DNA from: Anthoceros angustus | Lineage: Eukaryota > Plantae > Anthocerotophyta | Assembly (NCBI GenBank): GCA_010909165.1 | Contig: MU008153.1 | Span: forward strand, 682,001-746,000 | Direction of reading: 5' to 3' | Length of the DNA stretch: 64,000 nt | Part shown: in pieces, positions 23,775 through 36,681 of the stretch | Numbering within the stretch: position 1 is the stretch's first letter | Layout: each line of letters begins with the position of its first letter | The notes under the pieces: generated by a model | Database searches by the model: none | What the model was told of the DNA's origin: nothing | What the model saw: the letters and a program-made list of their open reading frames with translations, nothing else | Made by a program: the position numbers and the translations under genes

Positions 23775-25953
23775 CCACCAACACGATGCTATCGATGGTG
23801 CGAGTTCCTGCCAGCAAAAGCGCAGTTCAGTGCCGTGGTGTCACAAGCGAGTGACCGTGATGTGTATGTATCGCATATATTGTGTCATGTATGTATCTCT
23901 GTACACGTAGTTGCATACACATGTCTACCATCTCGTTTCCATTCAGGGCCTCCGGGTCCCTGCCCATCGGAGGCAGCTTCCATTCAAGTCCTCGGGATTC
24001 CATTGTAGTCTGTTGTTTGAAGAAGAAGTCTATCAGAGACCACCTGGCCGGAATTTTCCTGACCTGGGACTTGGTAGAACCAAGTCTACTTCACAACTTG
24101 TACCATGGTGTGCCTGAGCTACTTGCACAAAGGGCATCCACTCCCTCCAGGCACTCCATCCAAATGCCCATCTAAGCGCAGGATGCTTCATAACGGCGTT
24201 CTTATAATGTGTAATGTGTGTCCGACAGCGGTCCCTGAACGATGGCCACAGTATGGCAACCAGGCCGGTTGTGGACCCACTCTCATGTTGTGAAAAGAGG
24301 ACAGCACCCAGCTGGACAGACAGACGACTCAGATACCAGCCTGGAGAACCATGTTCAACAGCAAGTTGTCCTTGAGCTAAATTCTTCCTGAGCTTCGAGA
24401 ACCAGGAGATGTGGAACATGGGCGAGACGCAGCATTCGGGTGATTCACTGAGGAGCTGTGCATCAGAAAAATGCTCCATAACACTATGCACTACGCATTG
24501 GAATTGCAGCAGACCTGTTTAGCAACAAACAATCCAAGCTGCGGTCGACAATCTTCGAGGAATTCATACCCAATTCAGTTCTGGGCACCACCTGACTCAC
24601 ACGTCGCAGTACTACTACTACTAGAGGCTAGACAACTGACGATATCGAAAGGCTAGGTGGGCTCGATCTAGTAGTCTCGTTCGTCACATGATCGCAGCGC
24701 GCGCGGATTCTGTGGCCCGGGAGCAACACGCTGACATGACATGGTGGGAACATGGATCACACATGCGTCGTGGTGACATGGTGGTAGACGAATTCTTCCC
24801 GATATCGCACTCTGGAGTCTGCTGAACCAAGGACAGCTGTTATTAAAGCCCATTAGCACCGAAGATGCTGGAAGGAAAGAAACAAGGATTGTCCGCACAC
24901 GAACACCAATAGACTTCACCCCTTCACCTCCACAGAAGACACTGTACTTATGCCTCTGCCCAGCCAAAGAGATGTCACAAGTTTGTTTCACTTGACAATG
25001 TGTCCAGACAAATCAGCCCACCTTCCGCCCTTTCTAGTACTGCCTGTGCATGCAGGATCATGAGATTGGTGGTCACCAAACAAAGACTTACCCCCGTAAT
25101 TTCTCTGAGTAGAAGGTGCCACCATTCCTACAGGAGACGCCTACTTCTCTGGTGGTTTAGAGCCTGGCCATCCAGCTCAAAGAAATCAACCGGCATTCCT
25201 CGAGGGAACTTTCTGTCACAAACGGACAGCAATTGCTCAATGGTGCTGTTGAACTCTGATGGAGAAGAGATCAACTTACCAGAAGAGCTCCCATGGATGA
25301 TAGAATCATCCGAAGAAAGTCTGCTGTACGCTTTGCATACGGGCCTCGTTCCAGATGCACACCACACCTAGCTCTGGAGCAGAAGATGGGATCAGATACT
25401 CTGTCACCAGCTAATACCATGTGTAACATAGGGGAATCAGAACCCTTGCTGAAGATTTCTCCCCCGGGTTTGTTTTGATTTATTTTCAAAATACCCAAGA
25501 AACAAAAAACCAGCTCAGATCCACTTTGCCGAGCACAATGAACACCACCTTCAGAAACCCTGACAAACGCACCTGAAACTTGTACAAGACAGAGGGCCAG
25601 TAAGGTACATCAGGCTGGGATTCACCAATCCTAAGTGATATCCTGCAGTTTTGAGCACACATATTGTCCCAAAAGCCCTGCACACTGGAGCAACGGACTT
25701 GTAGAAGCTGCAACACAACTCTGTCAGAAATACCCCATCGTAATGAGCAACTGTGGTGGTTACCAGTGAAACCAAATTTCTCACAACACTAGTCCTGAAC
25801 CAAACAGGGCATTTGTCCTCCTGTTAGAACAAATGGGCAAACGTATCCGTTTTTTCCCAGTCGACTTAGCATGGCCGTTGCAGTGTTCGCACTCGCTGAT
25901 TGGAAGATACGTAGGTCTTTAATGTTTAAATGCAAAGCTGCACAATATTTTCA

Positions 25954-26451
25954 TGTAAGTAAAAAAACTGGCTTGAGTGCTTTGCAAGAAAGCTCCATGC
26001 AAAGACATGTTTAGAAGAGCAGTTTACTAAGAGCATGTTAAGCATGCAGCCCTAGGAAGTGTGGTAGTAAATAATAGCTTAAAGCTTAAGTAAGTAGTTA
26101 CTAAGATTGTAGCTAGGGCTTGAGTATAAAAGGAGACCTCGCCCTGGGCTAAAGGGAGGACAGAAGAGCCTTGAGAGCTCTTGATACTTGGGCTATGCCT
26201 TGAGAGCACTTGTTGCTTGGGCTGTAAGCACTTAAGGGGAGTGCTGTGAAGGAGCTTTGTGGAAGTCTCTAGCCCTCCAACTCTATATGTTCTTGTTGAC
26301 TCATGATTTGAGAATAAAGAGCAGCAAGAGTGTGTCATGAGTCCTCCTAGAAGAGGAGGGCTACTTGGAGGCCTAGTGCCGTGTCCGTGTTGATTTATTA
26401 CCCTAGTTTGCTTCTAATCGTGGTTTTCCCACCCCGCTGAGGGGTGTTACT
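25954..26451 (+). repeat. 5' LTR
   Basis: Starts TGTAAG, has TATAAAAGG inside, and is followed directly by the PBS. About 93% identical (about 17 differences in about 255 nt, manual count) to 30945-31217. Confidence 0.85.
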
Positions 26452-26453
26452 TG

Positions 26454-26465
26454 TGGTATCAGAGC
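26454..26465 (+). other. Primer-binding site complementary to initiator tRNA-Met
   Basis: TGGTATCAGAGC immediately after the LTR end. Confidence 0.9.
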
Positions 26466-29400
26466 ATAGGTTGAAGCATCTTTGACTAGTACGCTAGTGG
26501 AGATGGCGATCCCGCCGAGCCAAGTAGAGTGGAAAGGATACGCCGCCGGAAAGATAAGGCCCCGCTTACCGCTGTGGAAGAGCCACAGGCGAGTCCGCAA
26601 GTTGTGAGAACAATGGAGGAAGGAACTGGAGCAGGACCGCACCACCATAGAGGACCAGCTCCAAAAGATCATGAGGAGACTTGATGCCATGGATCGAGAT
26701 TAAAGGCAAAGCTCGCTTGAAGAAGAGCCAAGAAGTGGAGCTGAGCTCGAGAGCATCCAAAAGTATAAGAAGTTGAGGCTGAGCATACAGGCCCCAAAGA
26801 CTTACAAAGGCGAGCGTGACGAGAGAAAATCAGCCTTGGTTTTTCTTTGAAGCGCATTTCGAATCATGCGTGAGTGCCGAAGATGAGTACGTGAAGCACG
26901 CCACGAATTTCTTAGAGGATTATGCTCTTACTTGGTGGAGGACTTACGTTGAGAACGTAAGGCAAGGCAATCGCAGAGCCACAATCTTCACATGGGACTT
27001 CAAGCGCCGCAACTCGCTTTCCAACCCGCTAATGCAATGAGTTGCCAAGGATGCTCGACAATGTCAAGCATACCGGAACTTTGCGGAGTATGTGAGTGAG
27101 TTTAGCTCTATTGTCTTGCAATGTCCAGAGATGCATGAGCAGACAAACTCCACAAGTTTATCACCGGCCTTAAGAGATGGGCTCAAAATAGGATAGCTTT
27201 GACTAATCCTCAAACGCAAGAGGCCATGGCAGCAGATGCTATACCGGATATGTTTATTCAAGAGGCACCGTATCAAGAGGAAGATATCCTAGGTCTCGTG
27301 GTAGATCTAGAGGAGAGGACGAGCTACCACCACCGTGAATAGTGGAACCAATGAGACTACTGGCAAAGGCCGAGCTAGAGGAGATAACAGGGGTCGTGGA
27401 AGACGACAAAGGTTTAGCTGTGTGTGTGCTATGGAGAACAGGACACTTTGCTAGGAATTGTCCACATGTTGGAACTCCCAACTTGAATTTGGTTGCTGCC
27501 AATCCACCTGTTCCAAGAGCCAGGATTCAAGAACTTCCTGAGGAGCCCAGGTGACGCCAGGGGCCACATGTTGTGAAGACATGTGGTGAGTCATCTAGTG
27601 TCAAGGATGACACTATAATGAGGAAAGGTGGAGACCTCATGTATATATGTGGGAAGATGAATGGCTTAGATGTAGAGTTGTTGTTGGATTCTGCAGCCAC
27701 CCACAATTTTATAACTCCTAGTAAGGCAAGAGAGCTTGGTCTTGAATGGACTGAAACTTCCACGCCATATGGAATCAAGCAAGCTAAAGGGACTCTGCAA
27801 TTTCTGGGCGAATTGCATGGAGTAAAGCTGCAAGTTGAAGCATGGCAAGGAAATGTGAGTTTCACAGTCGTCGAGATGGACGACCATGATATCATCTTAG
27901 GCCTGGAGTGGATGAGATCCAATGAAGTGTATATGGATGTTAAGTCTCGCACTATTGAGATATCCAAGAAGCACAAGGTGAGTTGTGCTAGTGTTAGCCA
28001 GAAGCTTGAGACTCCATCAGTACAGCTGATTTCAAAAAGAGAGCTTAAGAAGGATCTCAGGAAAAAGAAGGAGCTATACTTAGTTGTACTCCAAGGACTA
28101 GAGGATGGTCTGGAAGAAGATTCCACAGAGGCGAAAGACATCCCAAACGAAGTACAAGCTGTACTGGATGAGTTCAAGGATTTGATGCCAGATGAGTTGC
28201 CACCGTTGTTGTCTCGCAGAGTAGTAGATCATGAGATTGAATTGAAGCCAAGGAGTACGCCTCCTTCAAGAGCACCGTATAGATTGTCACGGATGAGTTG
28301 CAAGAGCTCAAGCGACAACTATCCAACCTGTTAGCAAAGGGATATGTCGAGTTTCTAAGTCTCCTTTGGTGCGCTGTATTGTTCACGCAAAAGAATGGAG
28401 GACTCGATTGTCCGGATTACGAGCTGAATCGATTACAATCAAGAATGCATATCCTTTGCCTAGAATGGATGATATGTTCGAGTTGAAGGGTGCCAAGTAT
28501 TTCACCGTGGATCCGATGGCGGTACTATCGGATCAGGATTGCTGAGGGGCATGAGTACAAAACAACTTGTAGGACTAGGTATGGGGCTTTTGAATTTTTG
28601 GTCATGCCATTTGGACGTACTAATGCACCTGCCACATTTCGATACACTTATGAATACTATATTCATAGATCCGTGGACAAGTGTGTTGTAATCTATCCGG
28701 ATGACATTTTGATCTTTAGCCATACCTTGAGGAACATGTCAACACTTAAGAGAAGTGTTACAAAAGCTAAGAGAGAATTCTTTGTTCTTGGCAATCAAGA
28801 AGTGTGATTTCGCCAAGACAGTAGATTCCATTCTTAGGTTTTATTGTCTCTGTCGAGGGCATCAGGATGGATCCTGATAAAGTTAAAGCCATTCAAGATT
28901 GGCAGCCCCTAACATTCATGAGGTACGGAGCTTTATGGGTTTGGCTTCGTATGTGAGGTTTGTACATATGTTTGCTAAGATAGCCCCATAACGACCTCTT
29001 GAAGACATCAAAAGCTTGGAAGTGGGATGCCGATTGTCAAGCCTTTGAATACTTAAGAGAAGTTGAGTACTACTCCTGTTGGGAATGTATGACCCCAAGA
29101 AAGATGTAGAAGTGTATTGTGATGCCTCGACATGGCTATAGGTGGAGTTTTGATGCGTGACCAAAAGCCGTTAGCTTTTGAGTCAAGGAAGTTGCATCCT
29201 TATGAGATGAAGTATCCCACCTATGAGAAGGAAATGACCGCCATCCACCGCCTAAGGGCTTGGAGACACTATCTCTTGGGTAGGTCTTTTGTGTATACTG
29301 ATAATATCAGTACAACATACTTCTCCAACCAATTGAAGTTGAATGCGAGGCAAGCTAGATGGCGTGATTCCTAGCTATGTATGATGTGACTCAAATACAA

Positions 29401-30944
29401 ACCTGGAAAGGAGAATAAGGTTGCAGATCGTTGAGTCGCAAACAGAGTCAAGGACTGAAGGCAATGGCAAGTGTGATTGAGCCTGTGGATACTCACAAAG
29501 AGATTAAGGAAGCTTATCTGCAAGATCCTCGCAAAGATGATCAAGGATCGGATGAATGGGGTGGCGTAGAAAGGAAGCAAGTTCAAACTCGTAGATGGTT
29601 TGTTGATATACAAATGTAAGAGAGTTGTGATTCCTAACTCAGAGGCTTGAAGAAGAAGTTACTTGTCAATGTCATGATGTGCCAAGTGTTGGTCACTGGA
29701 GGTGATTCAACTTATGAGAAGTTGAAGAAGTCGCTTTATCGAGGAATGTATCAGGATACATTAGACTATGTCAAGGCGTGTGCTGTTTGTCAGCAGAATA
29801 AGGTAGAGCAGGCTAAACCAAGAGGTTTGTTACAGCTCCTACCTATTCCACGAGGGCCATGGAATAGTATTTCTATGGACTTCGTCATGCCTTTCCCTCC
29901 CAGTAATGGTTATACAGCTATCATGACAGTGGTGGATAGGTTCATCAGCGCACTTCATCCCTACCAAGAAGCGAGCGACTGCTTCCGAGGCAGCCAACTT
30001 GTTCAAGAAGTATGTGTACAAGTATCATGGCTTGCCCGCAGCAGAGTGATAGAGATCCAAGATTCACGGAGAATTTTGGCACACTTGATGAGAAGTTTGA
30101 ATGTGCGCTATGCATGAGTACTGCATACCATCCAGATACTGATGGGTTAACAGAGCGAGTCAACCGAATCCAAGAAGAATACTTGAGGCACTATGTGCAG
30201 ATTGATCAGAGAGATTGGGCTGATCATCTTGATGATGCGGAGTTTTGTTACAATAACACTGTACATAGCTCCCTGGGATATAGTCCCTTTGAGATGAGTG
30301 GAAACTCAGCGCTGGATGTAGTATCCATGCTAAACGCTGAAGTTTTCGATACTACCACTGGAGATCCACGCCAATTCGTTGAGCAGTTGAAGGCTAGGCA
30401 TGAGGTTGCCAAAAAGATATTAGCCAAGGCTCAAGCGTCAAAAGAGATATGCTGATAAGCACAGGAGAGAAACTGTCTTCAATGTTGGGGATAAGGTTTG
30501 GGTGAAATTGAAGCATTTCACACTGTCCCAGGGTTTGTCTCTAAAGTTGGGGCCGAAGTATGGAGGTCCTTATGTTGTCCTGAAGCGCATTGGAGAAGTG
30601 GCTTATAAGTTGGACTTGCCAGGATTGGATTTTTGCACACAATGTGTTTCATGTATCAGCTGAAGCCATTTGTGCGTGCAAGGAGAAAGAGGACATGGAT
30701 GAAGAAGTACAGATCCTCGCAAAGATGATCAAGGACTGCAGGAGATTGAAGAATTCCTTGCAAAAGGTAGCGTGCCACGAGACGTGGAACTCTACCACAA
30801 TGCATGGTGAAGTTGCATGGGATCTCAATACCAGTTTGGGTAACACTAGAGGATATCCAGAAAGGCTCCTGGATGGTTGCTCGCTACGCTGGTTATCACT
30901 CAGGGCAATGATTCTTGGCAATGATTCTTCCTAGTGGGGAGGAA

Positions 30945-31217
30945 ATAACAAAGCTGGCTTGAGTGCTTTGCAAGAAAGCTCCATGCATAGGCACGTTTAG
31001 AAGAGCAGCTTACTAAGAGCATGTTAAGCATGCAGCCCTGGGAAATGTGGTAGTAAATAACAGCTTAAAGCTTAAGTAAGTAATTACTAAGATTGTAGTT
31101 AGGGCTTGAGTATAAAAGGAGACCTCGCCCTGGGCTAAAGGTTCGACAGAAGAGCCTTGAAAGCACTTGATGCTTGGGCTACGCGTTGAGAGCACTTGTT
31201 GCTTGGGCTGTAAGCAC
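30945..31217 (+). repeat. Partial 3' LTR (about 270 of about 500 bp), preceded by polypurine tract AGTGGGGAGGAA (about 30933-30944)
   Basis: Aligns to the 5' LTR up to GGGCTGTAAGCAC, then diverges abruptly. Confidence 0.85.
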
Positions 31218-31393
31218 CTTTGTATACTAGGTATTTATACTTCTTCCCCACCCTGCAGATCAGTACCAGGAGTCGTGTCTGGTGTAGGGCTTTACAATTA
31301 GATGCCCAATGAACAAGATGTGTTATACTTCTACCGATCATTCCATGCAAGGCTGTTGTCCAAAGCAAATTTAGTACCCGGTGGAGGGAATGA

Positions 31394-34177
31394 TTAATCC
31401 TCTGTAGAAAGGTCTCTTGGAGGCCAGGCCGGGAAATATGAGGCCGGTGCGATGACGGAGGCTCTTCTCAGCGGCACAACTGAATCGTCCGGTACTAGCA
31501 GGTGCTTCAGCTCGTGGGTGAGCATGTAATGGACTCTCCGAACAAGCTGCGAAGACCAGCGTATCAGCAAATTCTACCCCACATTGATCTTGATTAAGGA
31601 GGAAGGATAACTGGGGTTCAGATGATAAGCACACAAACCTCGGTGACACCCTCTTCTGTCTTGACCGATATGCGAAATGATCCAGGAGGTCCAAGAAGAC
31701 TGTAACTGTCTTCCTCCTTCTCGGGTGGCGACAGGGGTGCTGGTGGCAGCAGATCAGCTTTTGATACTACATCTAACCAGGGCCGCTCTGAAAATCTGCT
31801 TTTCATCTCCTTGTATATATGCCACTAGAAATATGGAGACGTACTTAGCAACTTGCAAGATTTCGCACAGCATGGCAGAGATTATGGAAGTCACTTCTCT
31901 TACCTGATCCACAACCGAAGTTCCACAATCTCCAGTGAGATCATGTACATACAGGACTGCCGTTGGCAGGTGAGACAAGGCCGCGAGGGTCAGCCGCTCT
32001 ATGTTATTCCTTTTCTCTGCAAGCAGAAAAATAAGAGTCGTTCAGGGACCAAGATATTGGTACCAAGTCGTAGTTTCCACCATGCTGAATGGTCATACAT
32101 AATTGCTGAGTAGACTGCTTCAATAGCTGGACAATGTTACCATCTGGACGTTTGAGAAGCCCAGGTGTGTCTGTCACCTGCAAAGGACAGCAGAGAAAAC
32201 CACTTGAGCTTTTCAACATATCTAATCAAGTGCCAATGAACTCGGTTGCACTGTCAATGCAAGAGGGGTATCTGTAACTGTGGTACTGGAATGACCCTAC
32301 CTGGTAGGATTCGGAATCCAAAAAGATGTGACCCATCGAAATACCACGTGTGGTGAAGGGATAGTTACAAACCTGACACAGTACACTTGTATTTTTAGTG
32401 CACTATCGGAGCCGAAGCATTGAAGAGCACTCAGACAACTCCACACAAGGAAATGGTGGTCGGAAGTACCTCTGGCTTCCCAGAAGAAAGAATGCGAACA
32501 AGAGATGACTTGCCGACATTTGGAGCTCCTACTAAGCAGAGGGTCGGAGTCTCTGGGTGTACTACTGGCATGGCTCTCAGGATCTTACAATCGAGACGCG
32601 TCCAGCATTAGACAGGGGCCGACACGAGTGTCACCGAGAGTAACACCAATTTGAGACTGACCTTTGCAACCTCCTTCAAATTGTCCACAGAGCTCCCATA
32701 TGTCTTGAAGATGTTCTCCAGGCTGGTAAAACCCTATGGTCAATCAGGAGATCATTCACCCTATGGGAAGATAAAAGTCACCAGCATCAAGGTTGATTGT
32801 CGAAGGGAGATTTCTTGTACCAGTTCGATGTGTTCCTCTGCCTCCTTCTTTGTAGAAGACTGGATCAAGAAATTCAGTTGATGAGACTATACGGCAATGC
32901 CTATTTTCTAAACCAATACAACTGAGGACGGAGAGAGTAAGGACCTTAGCACATAATGATGCTCGATTCTTCCCCACATCAAGAACCTTCTTCCTGAGGA
33001 GGTCCACACTCTGAAGAGTCTGCAAGGAGCTGTGACACTTATTAGAATGAGTATCACAGTCAAGGGAGTTCACTAGACAGCAGTAGAGAGACAAAAAAAC
33101 AACTATTCACATAAGTCTGAAGTAGAGGGTACCTCTTCATACTTGCCGTCTCCAAGAGTCAGTTCAAGAAGGGCTTGTTCATAAGGATGAAAACGATGTA
33201 GCTCAGGAAACTTTTGCACATAATTTCTGAGAGGCACACATAATTCCTGGTCAAGGGTGACGAGGAGAACGATTGTCAGGCTACAAAAGATCATGTGGCC
33301 CTAAACAGGTTGTGAAATTGTCAGATAAGTCGTACTTTGGTGAGTGTGTCCAGCTGCTTGGCTCCACGATTACGCTCCCGTTTTGCCACGTTCATGATGC
33401 CTGTAAACATGAAACAAGAGGTGTAAAAAGCCTGAGGGATGCCTTCAGACCAACATGAAGAAGAGGCCATAAGACCATTAGACGTTTACAAAGGACGTGG
33501 CACCTTTGGTAGGTCGAACCATTTTGGCTCTCCTTATAGCTGTGCCGCAAATCTCAGATGAAGGAGACACGACCGGAAGCTGTTGAAACGCACCGACTCC
33601 AAGGCGTTTCCGAGTCTGAGCGGGAATAAATACAGGTTGAGACATGTTGAGCTCAGAGTGTCATAATCACGTGCTGCTTCATCCTGCGAACCCCAGCAGC
33701 AACCAGACGTCCAAACACCTCCACAAGGCAAAGCCAGCAGCATACCAAAGATACCACCGCAGAATTTTAGAAAATTTGACATACTTTCACAGGTTCCTCC
33801 ACACCTCCAGGTTGTAAAGCAACATCAGCAGCCCCTTCCAGATCGCCCGGATCCTCAGGCTTCTCGACTGCATTTTCCACTCTCCGATCCGCTGCACTCC
33901 TAAGTCGATCCAATGCACCTGCTGACCCTACTCTGCTTGTGTGGATCACGTCCATCTCGGCTGCATCCACCCACCAGTGCAATCTGAATTATCCTATCCG
34001 CATTCTCATCAGAGAACCGAAACAGGCATTGCAATCCGACATACCAGCGACAGAGCCGATGCCACATCTTGCCGACCTTAACACCGGGATCTGTGTCCTC
34101 GGGAAGCCCTTCAAGCTGCTAAGATGCAAGGACCGCTCCCATTTGGGCAGAAAACCCGTAGACACAGCCTGCAGCAT
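31394..34177 (-). CDS. NOG1-family GTPase, organellar type (AT1G80770/PDE318-like), multi-exon
   Basis: GAFQQLPVV, AKRERNRGAKQLD, HPYEQALLELTLGDGKYEE, LCLVGAPNVGKSSLV (G1), NYPFTT (G2), VTDTPGLL (G3), DLTGDCGTS and VSKADL (G4). The N-terminus resembles a transit peptide. Confidence 0.9.
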
Positions 34178-34474
34178 TGCTTTGTGCATGACTTGTCAGC
34201 ACCAGAGAGGATCCATAGCTACGGCCTTTCCACCCCTATCCCTCCTACATGCACGGCCCTGGCAGGCAGCAGAATGTCCCAAGGTGCACGGGAAGCTCTC
34301 AGATATGTGTCGCAGGGTTTAGGGTTTATCCGAATCCACATTAGGGGACCACGGACAGCCGAGCCGCCAGGGCATTCATTCGGGAAGTAATCAGGTTGGA
34401 GATCGACGTCACCGCGGTGCCCTCCTCCGTTTCACCTTGCCAGCCATTTCTTCCGCTGGCTCAAGGCATCGGCC

Positions 34475-34915
34475 ATGGATTCTTCTAACCTAAACACGGC
34501 TGAGTTTCAGCAATTCCTTGAGGTTCGTTTCCTACTGCTTTTGTCGTGCGAGGCCTGCAAGTAGCTGCGGGATGTCCGTGCTTGTTCTGTCTATCTTGCC
34601 TTGCAAATTCGTCTCTTGCTAGCGGCTAGCGGATTACATTTCCTCAAAGTTGCGTATCTGCCGGGAGGCGGCTGAGCGAAATCCGCGGTTTTTTGAGTGG
34701 AGAGTTTTGTGGTGTTGCAGCAAGAGAAGAACAGGGCCGCGCTGAACGAGCTGGTGGCAAAGCTGACAGATGTGTGCTGGGACAAATGCATCACCAGCAC
34801 TCCTTCCAGCAAATTCAGCTCGGGTGAATCCAGCTGCCTCACCAATTGCGCGCAACGGTATCTCGACACCAGCGCGCTCATCGTTCGGAGATTTCAGTCT
34901 ATGCAGCCGCGGTGA
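34475..34915 (+). CDS. TIM8: Mitochondrial intermembrane small Tim chaperone TIM8, 2 exons
   Basis: MDSSNLNTAEFQQFLE|QEKNRAALNELVAKLTDVCWDKC...CLTNCAQRYLDTS, with a twin CX3C motif. Confidence 0.92.
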
Positions 34916-35664
34916 TGGGGGCACGTTCTCACCGTCATTGTCATCTCCGATTGCCCCTCCTGTCTTTGAGGTAAACCTCCCGCCATTTGTACATTATTAT
35001 TACCGCACGATTGGCGACGTTGCTACTGGGGTTATATGTGGCTAAGTAACATGCTGCTTTTCTTTGTAGGGAGCAGGGACAAGGTTGGAGACGGCGATCA
35101 ATCTTTTTTTCTTTCCCGTAGTGGAGGCTACTTGTAGGAGAGTTGTACGAACACCGGCATTTGCATGCAGTAAGCTAAGCCGAAATTGTTTTTGAAGCGA
35201 GCCGTATGTTTTACAAGCTGGGGGCTGGGGCCTTGGGCTTCAAAACGCCTGCGACACATGACGTGAAAGTGCTCCAGCTACACGCTCAACAGTTCGTGCT
35301 CCGCCGTGCTCTGTAGTATTCTACTATTCGGTCCGGAAGCTGAGCCTATCGCCGAAGAGGAAGCTTGCTGTGTAACTAAGTTATTTCCCTACGGCGAAAT
35401 TAAAAGCAGTGGCAGGCAGAAAAGTGCGACTGGATATCACGGTCCACGCGACGGACGATGCCATTGGCCGCTGATTATCCTGGCTCGTATTTGTCTCTTC
35501 ATCCTGGCTCTTATTTGTCTCTCCAACCTCAGGCCGTGGTTCTTCCACGCAGGCCGAGGAGCTCAACAACGACACCAGGACAGGAGGAGGCCGCTCAATT
35601 CCGGTGGTAAACAAGACCAAGTTCTCCAGACTGTGTGGTTTGCAAGGTTACGCAGGGTGTTTCC

Positions 35665-36376
35665 ATGGCGTGCGCGCTGCAGGCCGGTGTGGCCTCGCAA
35701 TGCCAGGCAGTGGCTGGGCACGCTGCTTCCCTGAGCTCGGCGGAGAGTATGGGCCTGCCGGGTCTGTCTGTCCCTGCTGCTTCTCGATCTTCAGGAGTTG
35801 CCAGGAGGTCTCTCCAGGTTCTGGCCATGGCGCCCAAGAAGAAGGTAAGTGGCTGTCTCGCCTTACGGAGCTGTGAATTCATCGACCCCCGTCCCGGATC
35901 GAAGTTGTCTCACTACAGTCAGCCCCGTCTGGCAGGTGAACGCGTACGATGACTCATGGAGCAAGCAGTGGTTCGGGGCTGGGATCTTCGCCGAGAACAC
36001 AGAGGTAGCTCCGGTGAACATTGTGAAGAACCTGGAGAAGAAGAAGCTGTTGAGCCAGGTAGAGAAGGCGGGGCTGTTGTCCAAGGCCGAGAGCGCCGGC
36101 TTCACGCTCTCCCAAATTGAGAAGCTGGGTCTGCTGTCCAAGGCGGAGAGCCTGGGCCTGCTCAGTCTGGCGGAGAAGTTGGCTACAGCCAGCCCAGCTG
36201 CGCTGGCGTCCTTGTCGCTGCCCCTTGGTGTGGCAGCCATCGCGACCATTGTCCTCATCCCAGATGACACACAGGTGCTGGTGGTGGCTCAGACTGTTGT
36301 GGCTGGCTTGTTGACTCTCGGCGCTGGAGGGCTGTTTGTGGGATCCATCATCTTGAGCGGCCTGCAAGAGGACTAA
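35665..36376 (+). CDS. RIQ2: DUF1118 thylakoid grana protein, RIQ2-like, 2 exons
   Basis: Transit peptide ..VLAMAPKKK|VNAYDDSWSKQWFGAG, repeated EKAGLLSKAE, and two C-terminal TM helices with IPDD. Confidence 0.88.
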
Positions 36377-36681
36377 CCTAGGCTGTGACAGTGCCGCTCT
36401 CTCCTGATTTGTACACTAAAACATTCTACTTTGTATTTGCTTCTCGAACAGCCTAGTCTCCCTTTTCACACGGTGGTCACCATTTTTCGTCCTGCGTGCC
36501 ATGCGTACCTTTTTCGAGCTGCTGTACAGTTCATAGGAAGCCACTTGAGCTGAATTGAAAGTTCAGTGGTTGAGATAAGAGCAGTGTATTTACAAGAATG
36601 TCTTCCATCTGTCTGGTTTCTTGGTGGCATGCCTGTCTAGTACTACTGGCTTTCCTCCTGAATCCATGAAAGAAAAGGGTG

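Larger units (their letters stand above)
25954..31217 (+). mobile_element. Decayed Ty3/gypsy LTR retrotransposon (chromovirus-like), 3' LTR truncated
   Basis: Order gag (zinc-knuckle remnant TGHFARNCP), protease LLDSAATHNFI, RT (EFLVMPFG.TNAPATF, YPDD), RNase H (AIGGVL..LAFESRKL), integrase (PWNSISMDFV) and a chromodomain-like remnant at about 30750-30870. Many frameshifts and stops. Confidence 0.93.

Noticed and set aside
25000-25371. Copia RNase H or second PDF motif in the short plus-strand ORF
   Set aside because: Only vague resemblance, with no diagnostic motif (no ADIFTK or TEAEY, no WWD..PDF).
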